A stretch of DNA of 32,000 bases from Crocosphaera subtropica ATCC 51142 (GTDB lineage: Bacteria; Cyanobacteriota; Cyanobacteriia; Cyanobacteriales; Microcystaceae). Position 1 is the stretch's first letter. Every line of letters begins with the position of its first letter. The position numbers were made by a program, and so were the translations under genes. The stretch covers positions 4,800,001-4,832,000 of the forward strand of contig NC_010546.1 of NCBI RefSeq assembly GCF_000017845.1. The letters are read 5' to 3'. Below are positions 9,436 through 17,608 of this stretch, in pieces. Below the pieces are notes generated by a model, which did not search any database, had not been told where the DNA came from, and saw only the letters and a program-made list of their open reading frames with translations.

Positions 9436-10272
9436 GTGATAGTTATGCAGACCAATGTAAGGAATAACTCTAATATGACCACAGACTCAAATGTATTAAA
9501 AATGAAAACGGCACTAGAACAAGCTCTTGATAATGAGGAGTTTGTTTTATACTATCAACCTCAGATCAATGTCGAAACAGCGAAAGTGTCAGGGGTTGAA
9601 GCTTTAGTGCGTTGGAATCACCCGAAGTTAGGGCTAATCTCCCCCGATAAATTTATTGCTGTGGCTGAAAAAACAGATTTAATGGGGCGACTGGGCCAAT
9701 GGATTTTAAAAAGAGCTTGTCGTCAAAATCAAGTGTGGAAAAATCAAGGTTTACCTCCTTTGATTATTTCTGTTAATCTTTCGCTTTTTCAATTACAAGA
9801 CCCTAATTTTAGGGATATGGTCAAGGAGGTCTTAGAAGAAACCAAACTCCCGGCAACCTCTTTAGAATTAGAAATTACGGAAGCAATAATTTTAGCTAAT
9901 CCTGAGATGGTTCATCAAACTTTACTCAATTTGACACAATTGGGAGTTTATCTCTCGTTAGATGATTTTGGCAGTGGTTATTCTTGTCTTAATTATCTTT
10001 CTAAACTTCCTTTTGGAACTCTGAAAATTGCTCAGTCTTGTATCAAAAATCTGACTAAGGATTATCAAAATATTTCCTTAGTTTCCGTCATTCTCGCCGT
10101 TGGGAAAACTTTAGATATTCGTGTGGTGGCTGAAGGCGTAGAAACACAGCAACAACTGGATATATTAAAGAATTTACATTGTCCAGAAATGCAAGGATAT
10201 TTTTTCAGTCAACCTTTAACCCCAGACGAGGTCACTCAGTTTTTCGCTTTATCTCAGAGTTCAACAAGATAA
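9436..10272 (+). CDS. Stand-alone EAL-domain protein
   Basis: The track ORF starts at GTG 9436, and the first ATG is at 9445. Motifs: VEALVRWNH, VNLSLFQL, LEITEA, LDDFGSGYSCL, LKIAQSC, AEGVET, MQGYFFSQP. There is no sensor domain. It is the closest paralog of the EAL part of 11882-13696. Confidence 0.85.
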   Translation: MIVMQTNVRNNSNMTTDSNVLKMKTALEQALDNEEFVLYYQPQINVETAKVSGVEALVRWNHPKLGLISPDKFIAVAEKTDLMGRLGQWILKRACRQNQVWKNQGLPPLIISVNLSLFQLQDPNFRDMVKEVLEETKLPATSLELEITEAIILANPEMVHQTLLNLTQLGVYLSLDDFGSGYSCLNYLSKLPFGTLKIAQSCIKNLTKDYQNISLVSVILAVGKTLDIRVVAEGVETQQQLDILKNLHCPEMQGYFFSQPLTPDEVTQFFALSQSSTR

Positions 10273-10592
10273 AAACATAATTTTTTCGTGATTGATATCA
10301 TATCACTTGGTGATTGAGTCCATCACTTAGTAATTATAATTAGATAAGTGAAAAAAAGAAATAAAACTTGTAATTGAAATCACTGCTTTGTCCTCACAGG
10401 TGAGTTATTTTTGTTAAAGAATAAAAATTTCCTAGTTACCGCTGAAAGCATCTAGATAATTGAATCTCTAGACTATGAAGATTCCACTAATAATTAAAAA
10501 GTCCTGTTAACCTTTAATTATTAAAAGTATCTTCACAGATAGATAAAAAATTAGTCTTTTCAATATTTTACAAGAAATGAAATATTAAAATC

Positions 10593-11876
10593 ATGAATAG
10601 TGTACTAATGAACCAAGAACATCATCAAGTCTTAAACAATAAATATACACATCCACAAACTATTCAGGAATTTGATAGCATTTACGAACATTTTGTGTAT
10701 TATATTCAAATGGAATCTTCCTTTGAAGTTCTATCTCGTTTTCGCCTGTTAATAGAGGCAGAAAACTATCCAGACCCAAAAATTTTAGAGAGCCTTACTC
10801 AAACTCTTCGTAGCCAGTCGAATTCCCTTGATTTTAATTCTTTTTTTAATCGTTGCTGTCAGCTTTTCATTAGCTATTGGTCACAAACACCTGACAATGA
10901 ATCAGCAATGTTTGAGTTACTAAGTTTATTTAAAAATCTACCTTCTTCTCACAACAAAAGCGATCAATTTTCTCAAAAGTGGCAACAATCTATAACAGAT
11001 TTTGCTAAATCTGCCCAATATCTAAAACTACAAAGACTGGTTCGGTTGATTAATCCTCGTCTTGTTTCAGATGCACCTAAACCGCAATATTTAGGGGACT
11101 TAATTGGTCGTTATCCCTTCCTTTATAAAAATTGCTTACTTGATAAGGATGATCTTAGAGAGTACCGTCATTTATTAAGTCGCATCAGAAAAGAAAAACA
11201 ACATATTCTTAAACAAGGCTTTAGGAGAGGCATAATATTTCAAAAACAAAGACTTGAAATCGCTCGTCTTCGTCAAGTTTCCCCTGAAACCTTATTATCA
11301 TTGAGGCAACCAGCTAAACACCTAACTTTATTAAATGATAAAGAATACACCATTGCCCTACGACAATTCATTCCATTAACTCAAGGAAATTTATTTTTAG
11401 GATATCAAATTAACCAATTGAGAAATAATCTAGACGGTCTTAGCTTCAAGGAATTCAAAAATTGGTTTATTAACTATTTGCTACAAGATATCAATGAGTT
11501 ATCCAAAAGAGAGCAATTTAAGCAGTTTCTTAATAATAAGATCCCGCTGATAGCATCCTCATCTGATTATGATTCTAAACAGATAGATGAATTTCTTATT
11601 CAACGAACGTCTCATCAAGTGTTAAATGGATTAATCGGTTATCAAGGGCAAAATTTTAATTACCAAACTCTAGTTGACTTAATAACTGATTTAGGAGCTA
11701 CTCAAATAGCGAGTGTAATCGGCAAATTGTTATTATTAAATCCTCGGTTAAGAAATTATGTCACCTCCCAATTATCAGAATTGTTTTGTTTTCATGAATC
11801 AAAATCAATCTCTAACTGTGTTGGATTAATTCAGTTTTTGGAAAATTATTTAATTATCTGGAGCATTATTGCATAA
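10593..11876 (+). CDS. Hypothetical protein, 427 aa; no domain I recognise
   Basis: Long ATG-initiated ORF in the same orientation as its neighbours. Its stop lies 5 nt before the next start (11882). It looks mostly helical, with a basic central segment (RIRKEKQHILKQGFRRGIIFQKQRLEIARLRQ). No motif is recognisable by eye. Confidence 0.6.
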   Translation: MNSVLMNQEHHQVLNNKYTHPQTIQEFDSIYEHFVYYIQMESSFEVLSRFRLLIEAENYPDPKILESLTQTLRSQSNSLDFNSFFNRCCQLFISYWSQTPDNESAMFELLSLFKNLPSSHNKSDQFSQKWQQSITDFAKSAQYLKLQRLVRLINPRLVSDAPKPQYLGDLIGRYPFLYKNCLLDKDDLREYRHLLSRIRKEKQHILKQGFRRGIIFQKQRLEIARLRQVSPETLLSLRQPAKHLTLLNDKEYTIALRQFIPLTQGNLFLGYQINQLRNNLDGLSFKEFKNWFINYLLQDINELSKREQFKQFLNNKIPLIASSSDYDSKQIDEFLIQRTSHQVLNGLIGYQGQNFNYQTLVDLITDLGATQIASVIGKLLLLNPRLRNYVTSQLSELFCFHESKSISNCVGLIQFLENYLIIWSIIA

Positions 11877-11881
11877 AAGTC

Positions 11882-13696
11882 ATGAATCATCATCATCAGA
11901 CTCGTCATCTTCTCATTATCGAAGACACAAAATATCGAAGAACCTTATCATTGCAAGATGAAATCTATTCCATTGGGCGGAGTACCCATAATTCCATTGT
12001 TATTTATTCTGAGCAAGCATCTCGGCATCATGGAACCTTAATGCGTCGAAAAAATCGCCGAAGCAATGAGGAAACCTATTGGATTCTTGATGGAGATATG
12101 GATGGAAATAAAAGTCGAAATGGGATTTATGTTAATGGAGAAAAATGCTCCGTCAGAGAACTCAAACAGGGGGATTTAATTAACTTTGGTTGCGAAGTCA
12201 ATGCCACCTTTTATACGATGAATGGCTGGTCAGATACCATTATTCCTCTTAGGGAGGATAAACAAGATCATCTAACCAAAAGTCAATCAAAATCTGTTAG
12301 TGTTTCTGACCATAATATTGAATTACCCCATTCTCAGGTTCTCAATTCCACAAAAACCCTCAATCCTAAAGCTACCCTAAATCCTAAAGCAACCATTCAA
12401 GGACAAAATTATCAAGATCCTTTAACCAAATTAGCCAATCAACAACTATTTAGACAATCTCTATCCATTGCCCTCAAGAATGCCACCTTGAAAGAGTCTC
12501 CTCTGGCTCTGCTCTTCTTAGATATTAATCAGTTTGGTGCCATTAATGAAAAGTGGGGCTATTCTACAGGAAATCTTATTTTACAAGAAATAGCAAAGCG
12601 ATTAAATTCTAGTGTCAGAGGCAGTGATATCGTAGCCCGTTGGGAAGATGACCAGTTTGTCATTCTTTTTCCTAGAATTCGGAAATCTCAGGAGTTCGAG
12701 AAAATCTCTCAAAGAATTCTCAATACTATCGAGCAACCATTACTTATTTCAGAACATAAATTTTCTTTAGAGTATAGTCAAGGTATTGCTATCTATCCCC
12801 AAGATGGTCAAGAAGTCGACACCCTTTTGAGAACGGCTGAAATCAACTTATTCAATTATCAGCAAAAAAGTGTGTCCAAGCGGCCATTAAGTCAATTTGT
12901 CATCCAAGATAAAGAATCAAAACTATTCAAGGCAAAAACAGCACTACAAAAAGCACTTGAACAAGAGGATTTTCTTCTTTATTATCAACCTCAAGTTAAT
13001 CTTGAGACAGTCGGCGTGTCAAAGATGGAAGCCCTTATCCGTTGGAATCATCCCCAGTTAGGTCTAATTCCTCCTAATAAGTTTGTCCCTTTAGCCGAAC
13101 AAACCCAACTAATCTGTGCGCTGGGGGAATGGATTTTGAAGACAGCTTGTTCGCAAAATATCGCTTGGCAAAATCTTGGTTTACCTGCTGTAACTGTCTC
13201 TGTTAATATATCTCCTTACCAGTTACAAGATCCCAACTTTGTCAAAGTTGTTAAACAAATCTTGAAAGACACACAAATGAACCCTCAATGGTTAGAACTA
13301 GAAGTTACTGAAGAGGCTATTTTTACTAACCCAGAAATAGCTCATCAAACTTTACTAGAGTTAAAACAGCTAAACATTAATCTGTGTCTTGATGACTTTG
13401 GCAGTGGTTCTTCTTGTTTGAATCATCTTGTAAAATTTCCTTTTGATACTGTGAAAGTTGCTCAGTCTTGTGTAAAAAAATTAAACAAAGACAAGGAACA
13501 ATTTACTGTCATTTCAACTGCTTTAACTTTGGCCAAAGGTTTGAACATCCGAGCCGTTGCCGAAGGGGTAGAAACACAGCAACAACTGAATATATTAAAG
13601 AATTTGGATTGTCAAGAAATGCAAGGTTATATCTTTAGCGAGCCTTTAACCCCTGAAGAAGCCAGTCGCTTTTTATTCTCACATTTTAATACCTAA
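11882..13696 (+). CDS. FHA - degenerate GGDEF (EDDQF, RxxD I-site retained) - EAL protein
   Basis: 604 aa. FHA: YSIGRSTHNSIVIYSEQASRHHGTL...RNGIYVNGEK...QGDLINF. GGDEF-like: RGSD-IVARW-EDDQF (12644-12658). EAL: MEALIRWNH, VNISPYQL, LEVTEE, LDDFGSGSSCL, VKVAQSC, AEGVET, MQGYIFSEP. Confidence 0.9.
   Translation: MNHHHQTRHLLIIEDTKYRRTLSLQDEIYSIGRSTHNSIVIYSEQASRHHGTLMRRKNRRSNEETYWILDGDMDGNKSRNGIYVNGEKCSVRELKQGDLINFGCEVNATFYTMNGWSDTIIPLREDKQDHLTKSQSKSVSVSDHNIELPHSQVLNSTKTLNPKATLNPKATIQGQNYQDPLTKLANQQLFRQSLSIALKNATLKESPLALLFLDINQFGAINEKWGYSTGNLILQEIAKRLNSSVRGSDIVARWEDDQFVILFPRIRKSQEFEKISQRILNTIEQPLLISEHKFSLEYSQGIAIYPQDGQEVDTLLRTAEINLFNYQQKSVSKRPLSQFVIQDKESKLFKAKTALQKALEQEDFLLYYQPQVNLETVGVSKMEALIRWNHPQLGLIPPNKFVPLAEQTQLICALGEWILKTACSQNIAWQNLGLPAVTVSVNISPYQLQDPNFVKVVKQILKDTQMNPQWLELEVTEEAIFTNPEIAHQTLLELKQLNINLCLDDFGSGSSCLNHLVKFPFDTVKVAQSCVKKLNKDKEQFTVISTALTLAKGLNIRAVAEGVETQQQLNILKNLDCQEMQGYIFSEPLTPEEASRFLFSHFNT
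12356..12391 (+). repeat. Tandem 18-nt duplication inside the FHA-GGDEF linker
   Basis: accctcaatcctaaagct followed by accctaaatcctaaagca (16/18 identical), encoding TLNPKA-TLNPKA. Confidence 0.6.
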
Positions 13697-13809
13697 TGAG
13701 AAAGAACACAATAATTGTTTACTCGTTGCAAAAGATGGTAATCGTAATGTATACACGACATTAGAAAGTTAATCAACATGGTTAAACCGATTAATCAATA
13801 AAATTCCTG

Positions 13810-14961
13810 TTAGGATAAGTGACTCATCATAGGAAAATTGGGTCTTCCTAAAATTTCTTCATAGACCTTTTCCACCTGAGAAATATTATTAGTCAAAGAA
13901 TATTTATCTAAGACTCTTTGTCTTGCTTTTTGTCCTAGTAATAGGGTAATTTCGTGATGATCTCGAAACAAGGGTAATAGGGTTTTTAATTGTGTGGTAA
14001 CACCCTGAGTATTTAACACCACGCCAGCCCCGTCTTCTAAGACTTCACCATCAGCCCCGGCATCGGTGGCAATACAAGCCACACCGCAGGCCATAGCCTC
14101 CAATAAGGATAAAGATAATCCTTCGACTAAAGAGGGCAAAATAAACACATCAGCAGCCCGTAAAATATCAATCCGTTGTTGTTCATCAGCCACAAACCCC
14201 AACCAATAGATCCCGTGTTCTGCATTATAAAAGGGTTCTAAGGAGGGTTTAAGGGGTCCATCACCGACAATTAATAATTTACTCCCATCACCCATACCAA
14301 CTTGTTTCCAAGCCTTTAACAAAGCTTCTACGTTCTTCTCTGTGGCAATCCGTCCCACATAGATAAATAACCGTTTAGCTTTTACATGGGACTTAATAGA
14401 CGACGGTCCAGGAGAATATTTAATCGGGTCAACGCCATTGGGAATAATCGCTAATTTATCTTGATGAACCCCCAATTTCATCAATAATTCTTGTTGTAGC
14501 CGAGAAAAAATAATAACTTTATCGTAATGGGCTAAAAACGGCGCATATAGCTGATAGGTTAAAAATTGGGTGCTAGACTTTAAATTCCGTAATTTGCTAT
14601 CAAAAGGGGGATGAAACGTGGCGATGAGGGGCAAATTTAACGCCTGACAAATTTCAGGGAGTCGGAAGTCCAAAGGGGATAAAGTCAGAGAGGCATGAAC
14701 TAAATCAGGTTTCAGTTTAGCCAAAGCATCCATCAAAATCTTACTCGATTTCGGAGTTGGGATGGTGTAAATTTGCGATTTATAAAGGAAGGGTAAGGCT
14801 ACTTCCCTACAGTCTCGCCAGTGCGCCGAGTTTGTCTCTTCTTGCGAAAAATGAAGAAAACTAACTTGATAACCTCGGTCTAGAAGGGCGTTTGTGATTT
14901 CCCGACCATAGGTTACATTTCCACAGAAAGGGGATTTTTTCCCAAGCCAAGCGATGTGCAT
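13810..14961 (-). CDS. Glycosyltransferase, GT4 (group 1) family
   Basis: 383-aa ORF. The C-terminal Rossmann half carries the GT4 signature (LIVGDGP...VFILPSLVEGLSLSLLEAMACGVACIAT). Confidence 0.85.
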   Translation of the reverse strand: MHIAWLGKKSPFCGNVTYGREITNALLDRGYQVSFLHFSQEETNSAHWRDCREVALPFLYKSQIYTIPTPKSSKILMDALAKLKPDLVHASLTLSPLDFRLPEICQALNLPLIATFHPPFDSKLRNLKSSTQFLTYQLYAPFLAHYDKVIIFSRLQQELLMKLGVHQDKLAIIPNGVDPIKYSPGPSSIKSHVKAKRLFIYVGRIATEKNVEALLKAWKQVGMGDGSKLLIVGDGPLKPSLEPFYNAEHGIYWLGFVADEQQRIDILRAADVFILPSLVEGLSLSLLEAMACGVACIATDAGADGEVLEDGAGVVLNTQGVTTQLKTLLPLFRDHHEITLLLGQKARQRVLDKYSLTNNISQVEKVYEEILGRPNFPMMSHLS

Positions 14962-15184
14962 TCAAATATAAAAACAGATAGTTATCACGAACCGATACAG
15001 AATAATTCGTTGTAATTGTATGGATTATAAGCATAAGCTACCCATAACTACAAGGGGAAACTTTGGGTACCTTGGCTAGTCTGGGAAGATAACTATCAGT
15101 TCAAGAGGGATTTTGACCGAGGCTTTTCCCTGGGAGGTAAGAGTTATCAGGATAAGGTTTGTGTAAAAATGGGATACTCCCAAC

Positions 15185-15763
15185 TCATCGCCCCCAAAGG
15201 GCTAATCCGCCCCCTCTTCCCCGTGCAGCAATTACATTATTTTCTATTAAAAAGTAAGTAAAAAAAGCTTGTTTTTTAACTTTTTCCTCATAAAATTTTT
15301 CTTCACTTTCTTTGCCCCCACGAATCTTACCTTGATAGAGATTAACATTGCCCAGAGTAATGGATATTTGGGTAAAGTCAAAAGCCAGAATATTTTTCGG
15401 GGATAAAAATTTAGCGGGGCCCGTTAACGTTAGGTTGATTGCACCTAATTTAATAGCGTTTTCGATAGTTCCTAGTGTAGAAGCCTTCGCTGGATGATAA
15501 GTTAGTTCAATCATCGCCCAACGGGGTAAATACCGTCCGGAACGTAAGACTACCCCGGCCTTATTTTGAGCTTGTTTGGTTCCTGTAATAAAACAAAGTC
15601 GCCAGGTTCCTTTTAATTGTTGGGGGGTATAAGAAGGTTTCGTTTGACGACTGGATTTTTCGGCAGCAACTAAGGCAAGAACTAACTGATCAGAAGGGGG
15701 TTTTTCCTCTTGTTTTTTCAAAGTCCAGCTCACAGCTTGTTGAAGACTCAATAGATAATTCAT
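15185..15763 (-). CDS. PAP/fibrillin-like conserved cyanobacterial protein
   Basis: The track ORF begins at a TTG (15790); I prefer the ATG at 15763 (MNYLLSLQQ...). LKGTWRL, the beta-rich body and the C-terminal ARGRGGGLALW recall plastid lipid-associated protein/fibrillin-type proteins. This assignment is from memory only. Confidence 0.5.
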   Translation of the reverse strand: MNYLLSLQQAVSWTLKKQEEKPPSDQLVLALVAAEKSSRQTKPSYTPQQLKGTWRLCFITGTKQAQNKAGVVLRSGRYLPRWAMIELTYHPAKASTLGTIENAIKLGAINLTLTGPAKFLSPKNILAFDFTQISITLGNVNLYQGKIRGGKESEEKFYEEKVKKQAFFTYFLIENNVIAARGRGGGLALWGR

Positions 15764-15805
15764 AACTTTATTAAACAGGACAATAAGCAATTGTGTTCTG
15801 TAGAA

Positions 15806-17428
15806 TTAATCAAATTCCGATTCAGGCATCAATTGTAAGATTCCCATAGCTAGGGTTTTTGGTTCAAGATATTGGGCTTCAAAGACTGCTAACATATCCT
15901 TTAAAGTAGGATTACCGCGAGAACTTCCTGTTACCCCCATTGCTACGACTAAACCGCAATAGCCTCCTGTTTGCTGACACCGTTGATCCCATTTTTTTCG
16001 AGCTTGTTGATGTTCTGGATCATTTTGCATAAATTCTCCGAAAATAAATAGAGAATTATCCCCCGTTTGTAAAATACCCAAATCGTACATTAACTCTTCC
16101 CAAGGGTCTTCTCCTGGGTTAAAACAAACCCCTTGAAGGTTGCCTGCTTCTTGGAGGGTTTGAATCATCTGTTTCGCTTTGGGACGAGAAGTTTGCACCA
16201 CAACCACTGGCATTCCTTCCCCTTTAGGGGTTGCCTGGTGAGAAGGGTAATAGGTTTTCGGGTTATGTTGTAATTGTTCTAAGGTATTCCAAGGCATGAT
16301 GCCTAAACTTAAAAATGAATTTTCAGGAATTAAATCATCCCCTAACGGAAACTTCAGTTTATTGTCTTCATCTTCTTCGGCTTCTAATCCTTCTAATAAT
16401 TCCGCCGTCAGTTCAGGAAGGGTTGATACTTTCAAATTAATCATCTTGGGTTCACCCTTTTCTGACATATCGGTGAAACGATGATTTTTTTGAATTTTAT
16501 CGATTACTTCTTCACTTAACGATAATTTATTCCGCTCAAAGAACCGTAAAAAAGCTTGTATCCCATAGTAAACAATTTTCGCTTCTTCTTCATCAAGAAA
16601 AGGACGAATACCTTCGTAGGGATGAATACTACCATATCGAGGTAAGGTTAACTCTCCTGGGCCATCTGCTTCATGGAAATCATACTCATCTTCGTCTAAG
16701 TCTTCAGCAAATTCAAAATTCAAAAACCAACAATCTTGAGCTAAAAAGGCTTGTTCAAGATCATGACCAGAGGTTTCATGGATGGCAGCTTGACGAAACT
16801 GTTTGAGAGACTCTAAAGAACGATAGAGAATAAGACCATATTCTTCTCCTGACATTCCCATCACGCAGCAATAGAGGGTATCGATGCCCCAACGGTTAAA
16901 TTCAAGGGAAATAATATCGTAATCGGCTAAAATATCCCAGGGCGCAGCTTTAGCTACATCATGAGCAGCTTGGGTTAATAAGGGTTCGTAATACCCTGGT
17001 AGGGCAGGGGGTCGGGTATCTTCAACCGCTTCAAAACTACGAAATAGTTGATCAATTAAGGGTAAATCGGGGGCATAATCAATGGAAATATCTAAAGTTT
17101 GTAAAGCCCCTCGCAGGAAAAATTGTAATTCTCGACTACGGACAACGATTTTTTGCGGTCGGGCTGGTTGGGCGGGACTATGAGGGGTTTCGATCGCCCG
17201 TAGGAGGGTTCTGACCACAACTTCTGGTCCTGCGTCGCAGGGGGCCACATCCATCGCCCTCACCACCCCTTGAGAGCCATCAACCCAGATGATACATTCT
17301 TCTTGGTTTGGGTTGCCCGAAATTCTGCCTCTGAGGCCTGCCACAGAACGGCGATCGCCTTCCCAAACGCTGGGAATTTGAGGAATTCTCTGAAGCCGAC
17401 GCTGGGTGGTTTGAGGCAAATTATTCAT
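15806..17428 (-). CDS. Conserved hypothetical protein, 540 aa, with acidic patches
   Basis: Long ATG-initiated ORF whose stop lies 42 nt (15 nt if the TTG start is used) upstream of the next gene. It has acidic stretches (EDLDEDEYDFHEADG, LEAEEDEDNK). I recognise no catalytic motif. Confidence 0.6.
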   Translation of the reverse strand: MNNLPQTTQRRLQRIPQIPSVWEGDRRSVAGLRGRISGNPNQEECIIWVDGSQGVVRAMDVAPCDAGPEVVVRTLLRAIETPHSPAQPARPQKIVVRSRELQFFLRGALQTLDISIDYAPDLPLIDQLFRSFEAVEDTRPPALPGYYEPLLTQAAHDVAKAAPWDILADYDIISLEFNRWGIDTLYCCVMGMSGEEYGLILYRSLESLKQFRQAAIHETSGHDLEQAFLAQDCWFLNFEFAEDLDEDEYDFHEADGPGELTLPRYGSIHPYEGIRPFLDEEEAKIVYYGIQAFLRFFERNKLSLSEEVIDKIQKNHRFTDMSEKGEPKMINLKVSTLPELTAELLEGLEAEEDEDNKLKFPLGDDLIPENSFLSLGIMPWNTLEQLQHNPKTYYPSHQATPKGEGMPVVVVQTSRPKAKQMIQTLQEAGNLQGVCFNPGEDPWEELMYDLGILQTGDNSLFIFGEFMQNDPEHQQARKKWDQRCQQTGGYCGLVVAMGVTGSSRGNPTLKDMLAVFEAQYLEPKTLAMGILQLMPESEFD

Positions 17429-17608
17429 ACAATTTAATTTTTAAAGTAAGGTGAGCGGATCTGGCAGAGAAATAGTTAGGTTCTTGATAGCTCTGACCTT
17501 CAACCCTTATTTTAGCTTAAAAGGCAAGACAGATAAGGCAACCGATAGATAAGGTTGCGTCGGGAGCATTAGAGACACAAAAGAGACTATTTTGTTGAGC
17601 AACAGATT

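Noticed and set aside
12356-12391. Tandem 18-nt repeat as a possible CRISPR or minisatellite array
   Set aside because: There are only two units. They are in frame within a CDS linker (TLNPKA x2), with no spacers. It is a simple local duplication.
7113-13809. Calling the c-di-GMP module a bona fide mobile element or genomic island
   Set aside because: I could find no integrase, transposase, relaxase, tRNA target or terminal inverted repeats. Only the flanking GT 3'-end duplication and AT-richness support foreign origin. It is therefore reported as a finding, not annotated as mobile_element.
15764-15790. TTG-initiated 9-codon extension of the fibrillin-like ORF
   Set aside because: An in-frame ATG at 15763 gives a more conventional start. 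The choice cannot be settled from sequence alone, so the feature is listed from 15763.
16296-16484. 62-aa plus-strand ORF
   Set aside because: It is antisense within the 540-aa CDS and its translation is Ser-rich and low-complexity.
17538-17558. GCAACC/GGTTGC hairpin downstream of the pseudo-orthocaspase stop as a terminator
   Set aside because: The stem is only 6 bp with a 9-nt loop, and no adjacent U-tract lies on the transcribed strand. It is too weak to annotate.
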